From contig JAVYLK010000002.1 of assembly GCA_038740895.1 (NCBI GenBank), forward strand, positions 29,842 through 93,841: DNA of 64,000 bases, given 5' to 3'. Shown in pieces: positions 36,031-44,721 of this stretch; the stretch's first letter is position 1; every line of letters starts with the position of its first letter. The DNA comes from Candidatus Caldarchaeum sp. Its GTDB lineage: Archaea > Thermoproteota > Nitrososphaeria_A > Caldarchaeales > Caldarchaeaceae. Made by a program: the position numbers and the translations under genes. The notes below the pieces were generated by a model. That model was given only the letters and a program-made list of their open reading frames with translations, was not told the DNA's origin and did not search any database.

Positions 36031-37176
36031 TCAGCCACCCACCCCCACCGTGTTGCCAATCCCGGCGACCACAGCGATTTCACCGCCCTCAACCTTCTCT
36101 AGAATGAGCTTCTTTACACGGGCCAGCACGACGTCAGCAGCCTTCGCTATCGACTCCTTCATCGGAGTAATGGCCTCCGTTATCGACTCGAACACCACGA
36201 ACGCGTATAGCGGTATGTTCCGGCTCTTAGCCAGCTCCTCTATCTTGTACTTGTCCACACCGGGCCCGCCGATCGCAACTCCAACCCCCTCCGCAACCTT
36301 GCCGCTCTCCTCCCCCTCGAGCTTGAGGGCTGCGTCGACGGTTATGATGATCTTCGGGTTCTGAGGAAGCTTCTCGACAAGCTGCTTCACAGCCTCTCCA
36401 GGCCTGCCCACTGTTCCGCCCGGCCCCGCGGCTCTGACAACGTAAACCCTCCTGCCCTCGAGCTCAATCTCCTGAACGATAGTGTCCTTAGCTATCTCGT
36501 ACCTTGTTTTCTCAAGCCCGTCAGCCAGCTTCGCAGCCACCAAAACCCCCACGCCATCACCGATGGGCTGTCCCTTGCTAAAAGCCACAGCAGCGTGCCT
36601 GTACGACTCGGCTATCTCGATGAGCATGGGGATGACCATCTGGATCTGAAGCACCATGTAGATGTTCGAGGTCTTCTTACCGAGCAAGTAGTAGTGTCTG
36701 ACGACGCGGTAAAGAGTGTTTATTCCCCTAAGTATCTCCACGAGGTTTGTAAGCGTCTTGAGCTGGGTCTCGGTAGCGTGGGGCGCTAAGGCCGCAACCT
36801 CCTTCTCATACGTCGTCTCACCCGTCTCCAAGATGTGCTCCAGCTTGAAAACCAAGCCATACGGGTCCATCGACTCAGGCTGTATGAGGAAGAACTCGCT
36901 CAGCCTCTCCAACTCCTTGGAAGGGTCTGAATCAGGCTTTCCAACCCTTTTAACGGTGTCTACAGCAACCTGGTTTATCTCGTCCTTAATCAGCTTGAGT
37001 CTCTGCAGCTTGCGCTCCAAGTCCCTCAGCATGTACGACAGCTGCATCCTCTGCCCGAACGAGGGGTATAGGAAGAATATCATCAAGAAGGCTATCCAGA
37101 CGAGCGACAGTAGGAACGACAGCAGGTTATCGCCTCCTGCGGCGGGGTTGAGCAACGCAAGGAAAGACACAGCCAT
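36031..37176 (-). CDS. Conserved archaeal membrane-anchored protein (DUF1512-like)
   Basis: 381 aa. One N-terminal TM (LLSLVWIAFLMIFFLYP), a long helical region, and a C-terminal Gly-rich alpha/beta domain (GPGGTVGRPGE, VAIGGPGVD). The family name is from memory. Confidence 0.55.
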   Translation of the reverse strand: MAVSFLALLNPAAGGDNLLSFLLSLVWIAFLMIFFLYPSFGQRMQLSYMLRDLERKLQRLKLIKDEINQVAVDTVKRVGKPDSDPSKELERLSEFFLIQPESMDPYGLVFKLEHILETGETTYEKEVAALAPHATETQLKTLTNLVEILRGINTLYRVVRHYYLLGKKTSNIYMVLQIQMVIPMLIEIAESYRHAAVAFSKGQPIGDGVGVLVAAKLADGLEKTRYEIAKDTIVQEIELEGRRVYVVRAAGPGGTVGRPGEAVKQLVEKLPQNPKIIITVDAALKLEGEESGKVAEGVGVAIGGPGVDKYKIEELAKSRNIPLYAFVVFESITEAITPMKESIAKAADVVLARVKKLILEKVEGGEIAVVAGIGNTVGVGG

Positions 37177-37201
37177 TTTTCCAACAAATAGAAAAAACTG
37201 T

Positions 37202-38995
37202 TTATTTATAAGTTTGCCTAGGTTTCCTATAACTTTTCACGCCAACCTTCACGGCCTTCGTCTGCATCTCCACGACGGCCGAGGCCAGAAGGCTGGATAT
37301 CTCGTCTATTCGGATTAAACAAGTCTTTAAAAGCTCCCTGTAAAGGCTTAAGCTCTTTTCCAGGCTTTCCGACAGCTCAGCCTCGCCCCTCTCTATCCTC
37401 TCCATGTAATCCTCTACCATCCTCCGGGTCTCCGGCGAGACGAGTCGGTTGTCGGTGGCTGACAAGGCCTCTATCAGCTTCATTCCAAGCGGCGTGGGAC
37501 GTAGCTGTCTCCCGTTCTTCGCGGCATAGTTTCTCTCCACTATGAGCTGCGGGTAGACTGCTCTCGTTGCGTCGGTGCCTATGCCGTGTTTCTCCATAAG
37601 CCTGAGGAGCTCGGCCTCCGTCAGCCGTGGCGGCGGCTTCGTCTGTTCCTCGATGAGCTCTGTCTTGACAACCCGGAGGACTTGGTTCTTCGCCATCTTG
37701 GGGAGGGGTTTGTCGGCCGGCTTGAAGTAGCTGAAGTAGGTGTAGAACCCGGGCTTGAAGATAAACGAGCCCTCCGCCCTTAAGCCTATCCTGCCAAGCC
37801 TCACCACGGCTTTCTGCTGTAGCTGGGTAGCGTCCTCGGCGTAGGCGTTGGCGTAAAACCTTCTAGCCACGTACTCCCAGACCCTCATCCTCAAGTCGCC
37901 TCCCCTGAATGCTGCAGTCGGATAGATCGGAGGATGGGCTCCATCATCCCTAGTACCGTTCCGAGGCCTCGGCTCCGCCGATCCAGCCACCTCCGTCAAG
38001 ACTCCCGACTCCTCAACAGCCCTCCTCGACGCTTCGAAGTCGAAGGAAGGCCTGTACTTGTTGGTGTCGGTTCTCGGGTAGCTTATGTATCCCTCCGAGT
38101 AAAGCTCCTCCATCACAGACAGCAGCTTGTTGGCGCTCACTCCCGTAATCCTGTTCAACTCCCTCAAGGCGTCGTCGGTCCTGATAGGCAGGGGCCGCTG
38201 CAACGTCTTCTCGGACTCCACGTAGTCCTCCACGGAAGCCTGCGTGAGACCGCCGACCTCTTGATAGGCCTGCACGGCTTGACCCTCCTGCCAGAAGACG
38301 TCGCTGGACGCTGTAAATCTGCTGCCTTCATCCGTCTCGAGCAGCGCCTTGACAACCCAATACTTCCTCGGTTTGAAGGACAGGATTTCCCGCTCTCTTT
38401 CGACGACGAAGTTAAGCGTCGGCGTCTGGCACGACCCCCAGCTGATCAGCCTAACCAGGGCCTTCTTCCTGGTCGACTCCGTCAGAAGCCTCGTGAACGC
38501 CGCTCCAGTTATAAGGTCGAAGACCTGCCTAAACCTTGCTTTATCAACCCACCGCCAGTTGAGACCTTTCTCAAGGTTTCTCAAGCTAGCGAACAATTCA
38601 CGCCTCTCGAGAGAGTTAAACCGCATCCTGAGGCATCCGGCGTCCTCGCCGTGCAGCCTACGATAGACCTTGAGTATTTCAAGCCCTATCAACTCCCCCT
38701 CCGAGTCGTTGTCGGTAGCCACCACGAGAACACCGCCCTCCTTGAAAAGCCCGACCAGGTAATCGAACGTCCTGTCGTCCGAAACCCTGTCCAACACATG
38801 TCTAAGGTTCATTATCTCCAGAGGATGCTTTGACCCCCATTCGTATCCCTCAGGCAAGTCGGCCTCCATCAAATGACCTCTGACTGAGGCGACGGCCGCG
38901 TTCAACCGAGCCGCTGCGACAACGCTCCTGATGGCCTTAGCGACGCTGGCTTTCTCAGCCACTATTATGTACTTTTCAGCGTTCATCTTCCCCAA
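37202..38995 (-). CDS. topA: DNA topoisomerase IA (archaeal TopA/Topo III-like)
   Basis: Toprim (YIIVAEKASVA...ATDNDSEGELI) and active-site Tyr motif GYISYPRTDT. Confidence 0.92.
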   Translation of the reverse strand: MGKMNAEKYIIVAEKASVAKAIRSVVAAARLNAAVASVRGHLMEADLPEGYEWGSKHPLEIMNLRHVLDRVSDDRTFDYLVGLFKEGGVLVVATDNDSEGELIGLEILKVYRRLHGEDAGCLRMRFNSLERRELFASLRNLEKGLNWRWVDKARFRQVFDLITGAAFTRLLTESTRKKALVRLISWGSCQTPTLNFVVEREREILSFKPRKYWVVKALLETDEGSRFTASSDVFWQEGQAVQAYQEVGGLTQASVEDYVESEKTLQRPLPIRTDDALRELNRITGVSANKLLSVMEELYSEGYISYPRTDTNKYRPSFDFEASRRAVEESGVLTEVAGSAEPRPRNGTRDDGAHPPIYPTAAFRGGDLRMRVWEYVARRFYANAYAEDATQLQQKAVVRLGRIGLRAEGSFIFKPGFYTYFSYFKPADKPLPKMAKNQVLRVVKTELIEEQTKPPPRLTEAELLRLMEKHGIGTDATRAVYPQLIVERNYAAKNGRQLRPTPLGMKLIEALSATDNRLVSPETRRMVEDYMERIERGEAELSESLEKSLSLYRELLKTCLIRIDEISSLLASAVVEMQTKAVKVGVKSYRKPRQTYK

Positions 38996-39551
38996 CCATT
39001 CCGAGAAGACGCTTCAAAGCCGTGTCCCTCCTGTACTCGCCAACTGTCTGGACGGCCACTATCTTCTTCCCCGTCGGAAGCTCAGCCACGTGAACCACTC
39101 CCCGGCTGTTCAAAAGCTTCTCAGCCTTCTTGACAACGTTGTTAGACAGAGCTGGAGCCGAGATGTACTTGTTGGCGGCGACGCACGTGATTATAGCCTG
39201 CCGCTCGTCGCCCATCTTGACGAACGAAACCTCCAAGCTGTCAACCTCCAACGCCCTCGCAGGCTGCAACTCCCTCGACGCGCTCATGTCCTGGAGCTGG
39301 AAGGAGTCTTCCGTCTTGACGGCGTTGCCCTGAATGGAGGAACCCACAAACAACCATCCTGGAGGCTGCCGCACCTTGACGAGATACTCCTCCCCCGAGG
39401 CTGTTGAAACCGTCAAAGTGTATGCTACACCCTCCTTGACAGCCTTCGCAGCTATGTTCGACACGTAGCCGATCAACTGCTTATAACCGGCCCCCGCCAT
39501 CCAGCCCCAGAACATAAAACCCACGTATTTAGAGCATCCCCCTCCGAACAC
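38976..39551 (-). CDS. Hypothetical protein upstream of topA
   Basis: 191-aa ORF overlapping the topA start by 20 nt. No family recognised. The start may be an internal Met (39515 or 39500). Confidence 0.5.
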   Translation of the reverse strand: MFGGGCSKYVGFMFWGWMAGAGYKQLIGYVSNIAAKAVKEGVAYTLTVSTASGEEYLVKVRQPPGWLFVGSSIQGNAVKTEDSFQLQDMSASRELQPARALEVDSLEVSFVKMGDERQAIITCVAANKYISAPALSNNVVKKAEKLLNSRGVVHVAELPTGKKIVAVQTVGEYRRDTALKRLLGMVGEDER

Positions 39552-39651
39552 CCTTCAGCATACACAAATAAGACGCAGGAACCATGCAGGAGGAAACCGG
39601 CCGCCTGCGGCTGAACAATACATGTTTAAAGAAGCTCCACAACCAGAGCTC

Positions 39652-39874
39652 AAGGGCTGGCTGTCGAGCTCAGCATTCCTCGAGGCCCTTTAGGTGGACG
39701 AGGAGTTCCGGTACGCGGAACCATGAATTGAAGACTGGGCCAGGAAGGCGGCGAACCCGGGCGGCATATAGACAACCGCATTTGGTCGGCGGGGTTTTGA
39801 TCCGCCTAGACACTTTAGACGCCGTGGCATCTGTTTACGGTGAACGGCTTGAAACCACGGCTAGGCGTGGTTTT
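39652..39874 (+). ncRNA. Candidate structured RNA upstream of tRNA-Phe, class unresolved
   Basis: TTTAAAG box at 39625-39631. About 25 nt downstream a nested hairpin begins (AAGGGC...TCGAG-loop-CTCGA...GCCCTT). More hairpins follow, ending in AACCACG-GCTAGG-CGTGGTT + TT (39853-39874). Confidence 0.25.
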
Positions 39875-39882
39875 CCCTAAAG

Positions 39883-39891
39883 ATAAATAAA
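39883..39891 (+). promoter_or_regulatory. TATA box for tRNA-Phe
   Basis: ATAAATAAA lies 24-32 nt upstream of the tRNA 5' end. Confidence 0.55.
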
Positions 39892-39914
39892 GGCTAGCGG
39901 TTGTTAGTTTCTGC

Positions 39915-39988
39915 GCCCCGGTAGCGCAGGCTGGGAGCGCGTCCGGCTGAAGACCGGAGTGTCGGCGGTTCAAGTCCGCCCCGGGGCA
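39915..39988 (+). tRNA. tRNA-Phe(GAA)
   Basis: GCCCCGG-TA-GCGC-AGGCTGGGA-GCGC-G-TCCGG-CTGAAGA-CCGGA-GTGTC-GGCGG-TTCAAGT-CCGCC-CCGGGGC-A. 74 nt, no intron, no CCA. Confidence 0.95.
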
Positions 39989-40110
39989 TCTATGAGCGGG
40001 CTTCACGCCAAGGCCTGCGCCTATCCCGCTGGCTGCAGGGCCGGTCCCTGCCTTCAAGACACGTCTGTCCTTCAGTTGATTATGCCTCGCGTTTTAGCTG
40101 GCGTTTCTGC

Positions 40111-42087
40111 TCACTCGCCCTTGAACTCGGGCTTTCTCTTGGAGAAGAAAGCCGATATGCCCTCCATGAAGTCTTTGGTGAAGATGAGGTCTGCGAAAAG
40201 TTTTCTCTCGACGGCCAGCCCCCTGCTGAGAGGGGTTTCTCGGGCTAAGAGGACGGCTTGCTTGACGGCTGCTACGGCCAACGGCGGCTGCGAGGCCAGC
40301 CTTTCAGCCAGCTTCCTAAGCTCTTCGTCGAAGCTCTCAGCCGGGTAGACCCGGTTGACCAACCCTATCCGGTGGGCTTCCTCGGCAGGTATTCTGTCGC
40401 CCAGCAGCTCCAGCTCAAGAGCCTTAGCCACACCTACTAGGCGAGGAAGCCTCTGCGTGCCTCCCGCACCTGGAATGAGCCCGAGGTTAATCTCAGGCTG
40501 CCCCAGCTCGGATCGCGTCGTGGCTACACGAATGTCGCAGGCCTGAGCCAGTTCAAGCCCGCCACCCAGGGCGTAGCCGTCAATCGCCGCAACGACAGGC
40601 TTGGGCATCGCCTCGATTATGTTCATCACTTCCTGGAACTCGCGTAAAAACTCTTCGGCGTCGGCCTTCGTTTTGACGGCCGTGAAAGCAGAGACATCGG
40701 CGCCGGCTGAGAACGCCCTGTCGCCGGCCCCTCTGACGACGACAACGCGGACCTCGCCGTCCTTCCAAGCCTTGAGCAAGGCGTCTGTGAGCTCTCTTAT
40801 CATGGTGGGAGTGATGGTGTTGAGGCGGTGAGGTCTGTTGAGTATTATCCAAGCAACCGGCGGTCTGCGGTCGTACAGCACTTCGGTGTACGCTGTCGTC
40901 TCTCCCGTGGAGTAGGTGTGGAAGCCGGCGCCGGTCTTCTTTCCCAGCCTTCCGTTGCTCACATGCTGCAGAAGCAGCTTGTCGGGCTCGTAGAAGCTTC
41001 CGTGAACACGGGCCAGCTCCTTCAAGGCTTCGACGACTTTGTCGAGCCCCAGCTCGTCGCCATACTCGAGAGCCCCCTTGGGCCAGCCAAGCCCCAGCTT
41101 GACCGCCGTCTCAACATCCTCCAGCGAAGCAACGCCGTTGCTCACAAGCCACGAGGCTGCGTTGATGCTTGGAGCGAGCACCCGGACTAGGTCAACCCGC
41201 TCACCGGCCTCCCTAGGAATGTTCGGCCTCTCGTACAGCCCACCTCCATACTCGTAAAAACCCTTGCCAGACTTCTGCCCGAGGCTGCCTTTCTCGTAGA
41301 GTTGCTTTATTAGCGGGCATGGCTGGGGCGGGTTGGGAGTCCTCTCGAGGATGGATGCTCCAGCTAGGTAAGCAACGTCCAGGCCGACGTAGTCGGTCAG
41401 CTCGAAAACTCCCATGGGCAGGCCGGCCCTGTACTTGACGGCCGAGTCTATCTCGACCACCGAAGCCTCGCCTCTCGCAACCATCCAGCAAGCGTTCTCT
41501 ATCAAGGGGATGAGTATCCTGTTGACGATGAAGCCTGGAACGTCTTTCCTGCATACGACAACCGTCTTCCCCATCCTCCTACCAACCTCGATAGCCTTCG
41601 AAAGCGTCTCGTCGCTTGTCCTGTCGCCCTTTATCACTTCGAGGAGCGGCATAAGAGGCGGCGGGTTGAAGAAATGCATCCCCACAACCCTCTCCGGACG
41701 GGATGCGGCTGAAGCTATCTCCGTTATGGGCAGAGTGCTGGTGTTTGTGGCCAGAACAGCCGTCGAAGGCGCAGCCTTGCCGAGACGGCTGAATATTTCC
41801 CGCTTTAGGCTGAGCTTCTCCGGAACAGCCTCTATGACTAGGTCAGCGTCAGCGGCCGCCCGTTCCAGCTCCAGCGATGTCTTGATTCGGCTGAGAGCTT
41901 GCTCGGCTTGCTCACGGCTGAGCCTTTTCTTCTCGACGAACTTCTCCAAGCTCCATTTAATCTTCTCAACGCCTTTACGGAGAAGCTCCTCGGAGACGTC
42001 GACCATCGTGACCTCATAACCGGCCAGCGCGGCCACTTCGGCGACGCCGTGGCCCATCACACCGGCTCCGACGACAACTATCTTCAA
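40111..42087 (-). CDS. Bifunctional 3-hydroxyacyl-CoA dehydrogenase (N-terminal) / enoyl-CoA hydratase (C-terminal)
   Basis: VVGAGVMGHGVA Rossmann start and HFFNPPP. The C-terminal crotonase has AFSAGADV, DGYALGGGLELAQACD and GQPEINLGLIPGAGGTQRL. 658 aa. Confidence 0.92.
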   Translation of the reverse strand: MKIVVVGAGVMGHGVAEVAALAGYEVTMVDVSEELLRKGVEKIKWSLEKFVEKKRLSREQAEQALSRIKTSLELERAAADADLVIEAVPEKLSLKREIFSRLGKAAPSTAVLATNTSTLPITEIASAASRPERVVGMHFFNPPPLMPLLEVIKGDRTSDETLSKAIEVGRRMGKTVVVCRKDVPGFIVNRILIPLIENACWMVARGEASVVEIDSAVKYRAGLPMGVFELTDYVGLDVAYLAGASILERTPNPPQPCPLIKQLYEKGSLGQKSGKGFYEYGGGLYERPNIPREAGERVDLVRVLAPSINAASWLVSNGVASLEDVETAVKLGLGWPKGALEYGDELGLDKVVEALKELARVHGSFYEPDKLLLQHVSNGRLGKKTGAGFHTYSTGETTAYTEVLYDRRPPVAWIILNRPHRLNTITPTMIRELTDALLKAWKDGEVRVVVVRGAGDRAFSAGADVSAFTAVKTKADAEEFLREFQEVMNIIEAMPKPVVAAIDGYALGGGLELAQACDIRVATTRSELGQPEINLGLIPGAGGTQRLPRLVGVAKALELELLGDRIPAEEAHRIGLVNRVYPAESFDEELRKLAERLASQPPLAVAAVKQAVLLARETPLSRGLAVERKLFADLIFTKDFMEGISAFFSKRKPEFKGE

Positions 42088-42157
42088 GCCTGTTCAGCAA
42101 GAACGCGGCATTACTCGTATTTAAAAACAAGAGGAGCTGGCCGGCCTAGGCCTACAG

Positions 42158-42409
42158 CTAAGCCTTCACCAGCCTTTTTTCCACGGCCTCGGCTATCTCG
42201 TCGCCGGTAGGAAACCGTCTCTCCTGATGGCGGGAGAAGACTCTCTCGTCGTCGACGTAGACCTCGAACGTTCCTGCGTCCGAGGTGTCGAGCGTGACTG
42301 AGAAGTTTTTGTTCAGCCGTTGCCCGTAGCGGCTGAGGAGGTTTTTGGCCAGCTCTATTGCCTGCGGTAGGTGGCCGCACGGTACGCAGTAAACGATTCT
42401 TACATTCAT
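42158..42409 (-). CDS. Rdx (SelW/SelT/SelH-like) thioredoxin-fold protein, Cys form
   Basis: MNVRIVYCVPCGHLPQA: CxxC near the N-terminus, as in the Rdx family. I start at ATG 42409; the longest ORF starts at 42478. Confidence 0.7.
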   Translation of the reverse strand: MNVRIVYCVPCGHLPQAIELAKNLLSRYGQRLNKNFSVTLDTSDAGTFEVYVDDERVFSRHQERRFPTGDEIAEAVEKRLVKA

Positions 42410-42500
42410 GTTTCTTGGGGCGGTGGAGTGGGATTTAACCATTACATAGCCACGCCCAGGCATGGATACAGTAATCAATAGCCGTTAGGGCTTTCTACGC

Positions 42501-42917
42501 ATGGATTACAGATGGTTTGTTGCGGTCTTGCTGGCTCTTGTTGTCTGGGGTGCTTGGGGTGTAGTTACTAGGGTTGCTTCCTCGTCGCTGGGCTGGAGGG
42601 ATACGACTGCGATAGCGGCCGTGGGCCACATGTCAATCGCCATCGCATACATCATCCTATCTCGTGCGGCCGTCCTGCCTCAAGGCTCGGCCTGGTACAT
42701 GGCGTTGCTCGCCGGGGCGCTTGGGTTCCTCGGGGCGCTGCTGTTCTACGTAGCACTAGACCTTAACCCTTCGTCGATAGTCGTCGTCGCAACCTCTATG
42801 TACCCTGTTGTGACGATCCTGCTGTCGATGCTTTTTTTAGGGGAGTCGATATCCCTCAGGCAGGCTGTCGGGGTCGGTCTGGCCATAGCTGCTTTAGTCC
42901 TGATCTCCAGCAGATAA
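42501..42917 (+). CDS. Small EamA-domain (DMT superfamily) membrane protein
   Basis: 138 aa, 4-5 TM, single EamA-like half. Confidence 0.7.
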   Translation: MDYRWFVAVLLALVVWGAWGVVTRVASSSLGWRDTTAIAAVGHMSIAIAYIILSRAAVLPQGSAWYMALLAGALGFLGALLFYVALDLNPSSIVVVATSMYPVVTILLSMLFLGESISLRQAVGVGLAIAALVLISSR

Positions 42918-43805
42918 CACGAGCTCAACCCTGTTTCCGTCAAAGTCTTCAACCGTCGCCCCCTCAAACCCCGGCATCCCGCTCACGAGTCCTTCGGCGA
43001 CGGAGCACCCCTCGCCGGCCAGTCGGTCGACTAGCCTTGACAAAGTCTCCTTCTTCACAACGTTGATGGCGAAGCTGCGTAGGCTGGCGTGCTCGTCCGA
43101 CGGAGGAGGTGCGTCTACTCCCGCCCAAGTGTTGACGCCGACGTGGTGATGGTATCCGCCTGTGGACATGAACAAAGCCGACCCCATCCTGAAGACGATG
43201 TCGAAGCCCAAGAGGCCGTGGTAAAAGCTTTCAGCCTTCTCAAGCCTCGACACATGCAGGTGGATGTGGCCCAGCCTAGTACCCTCCCCGAGCCTCCAAG
43301 ACTCGTCTAGAGCTCTTCCCGTCCCCTCGCCACGCAGCTCGGCCAGCAGAGAGTCTAGGTTCAGCGGAAGCGTCGCCATTCGGATTCGCCCGTCAGCCGT
43401 TTTAGGCCATGCCTCCCTAGGCCTGTCGTGGTAAACCTCTATCCCGTGTCCGTCCGGGTCTTGAAGATAGACCGCCTCGCTCACCAAGTGGTCTGAAGCT
43501 CCGTCCAGCTCCCAGAACTCGCCGAGCCTCACGAACATGCAGGCCAGATCCTTCCTCGAAGGCAGCAGTAATGCGAAGTGGTATAGCCCTCTTCTGTCCG
43601 GCGGCTTTGGCGCAACCCCTTTCCTCTCTACAAGCATGACCAAAACGTTTTTGGGTGGAGTGCCCAGCACCACGCCGCCATCCCATTCATACAGGCTGGA
43701 AAGCCCCATCACTCTTTTGTAGAACCTGCTGGACATCTGTAGGGATGAGACAGTCAGCGACACCCACTGGATGGTTGTCCGGGGGTCTAGGGGCGGGGTC
43801 GTCAA
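42894..43805 (-). CDS. Two-domain VOC/glyoxalase-family protein (extradiol dioxygenase-like)
   Basis: Repeated ...HFALLLP... / ...GHIHLHVSRLEKAESFYHGLLGF... VOC modules. 303 aa. Confidence 0.8.
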   Translation of the reverse strand: MTTPPLDPRTTIQWVSLTVSSLQMSSRFYKRVMGLSSLYEWDGGVVLGTPPKNVLVMLVERKGVAPKPPDRRGLYHFALLLPSRKDLACMFVRLGEFWELDGASDHLVSEAVYLQDPDGHGIEVYHDRPREAWPKTADGRIRMATLPLNLDSLLAELRGEGTGRALDESWRLGEGTRLGHIHLHVSRLEKAESFYHGLLGFDIVFRMGSALFMSTGGYHHHVGVNTWAGVDAPPPSDEHASLRSFAINVVKKETLSRLVDRLAGEGCSVAEGLVSGMPGFEGATVEDFDGNRVELVLSAGDQD

Positions 43806-43901
43806 GTATTCCCTGTCTGTCCATAACCGCCATAGTATTTATCCTGTGTTCTTGGACGGAGTACGGAGTGTTCTAGTTTCTGGGTTTAATTTGCGGCGTG
43901 G

Positions 43902-44678
43902 ATGTTTTCCTGCGTGGTGAAAGGGTTGGACAAGCAGTACGTGGTTTTGCTGGCGCTATCGGTTGCTCTTGTTGCTCTGGCAGCGTCGTTCGCAGCAGTC
44001 GTTTTGGCTGACGGGGGCTCCGTCAGCTTACAGCAGCAGGAGGCTACTATTGAGGATGTCCTGACCGTCGTGGGAAGCGCTGAAACTAGCATAACCCCTG
44101 ACCAGATAACTATATTGTTCACGGTCGAGGAGAGGGCTGCCACGCCGTCCGAGGCTCTCGCCCGTGTCTCCACAGCATCCCAGAGCGTTGTGTCGACGCT
44201 TCTCCGTCGAGGCCTCACTCCTGAAGAGGTGAAGACAACCAGTCTCAACGTCTATCCGCAGTACGTCTACAAGGAGGGAGAGCCGCCGACCATAGTGGGA
44301 TACGTGGCCTCATACACAGTCGAGGTTAGGACTAAAAAGATAGCTGAGGCGGGGGCTTTGATCGAGGCGGCGGTCAACGCGGGAGCCGACTACGTCAGCG
44401 GGGTTTACTTCAGCCTCTCCACCGAGAAGTACAGGGAGACGTACAGACAGCTGTTGGGGGCGGCGGTTGCTGATGCTCAGTTGAAGGCTGAGGCGCTTCT
44501 TTCTCCACTGGGGCTCAAGACAACCCGCGTAAAGTCCGTATCCATAACGGAATACATGCCTGTTCCGTTCGCCAGGGCGGCTGACTCTGCCGGTTCTCCG
44601 GAAGGACCTCCGATAATGCCTGGCACGACTAGGGTAAGCGTCTCGGTCAGCATTGTCTACGTTATAGGGCCCCGCTAA
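43902..44678 (+). CDS. SIMPL/DUF541-family secreted protein
   Basis: N-terminal TM/signal, then TVVGSAETSITPDQITILFTVEE...EVKTTSLNVYPQY, typical of DUF541. Confidence 0.75.
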   Translation: MFSCVVKGLDKQYVVLLALSVALVALAASFAAVVLADGGSVSLQQQEATIEDVLTVVGSAETSITPDQITILFTVEERAATPSEALARVSTASQSVVSTLLRRGLTPEEVKTTSLNVYPQYVYKEGEPPTIVGYVASYTVEVRTKKIAEAGALIEAAVNAGADYVSGVYFSLSTEKYRETYRQLLGAAVADAQLKAEALLSPLGLKTTRVKSVSITEYMPVPFARAADSAGSPEGPPIMPGTTRVSVSVSIVYVIGPR

Positions 44679-44721
44679 ACCATCACCATCTTTTTTTCTT
44701 GGATTTCCACCTTCAGAGCCG

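Noticed and set aside
39584-39880. 98-aa + strand ORF in the tRNA-Phe upstream spacer
   Set aside because: The translation is Arg/Ser/Thr/Gly-rich and low in hydrophobic core residues. It coincides with stacked GC-rich hairpins, so I treat the region as non-coding RNA or spacer.
39552-39914. RNase P RNA assignment for this spacer
   Set aside because: GAGGAAACCGGCC (39590-39602) and GAACGGCTTGA (39841-39851) loosely recall CR-I/CR-V. The AAAGUCC core with its bulged U is missing, the P4 pairing has a mismatch, and there is too little room 5' of the CR-I-like motif for P1-P3.
42131-42155. Palindrome-rich element AGCTGGCCGGCCTAGGCCTACAGCT (contains the perfect 10-mer GGCCTAGGCC) as a regulatory site
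   Set aside because: It lies just downstream of the Rdx stop and upstream of the next gene's TATA. It is most simply a terminator-type hairpin, it is a single occurrence, and no partner site was seen.
42158-42478. Possible selenocysteine (CxxU) in the Rdx-family protein
   Set aside because: Both redox-motif positions are TGC Cys codons (CVPC). There is no in-frame TGA, so this is the Cys form.
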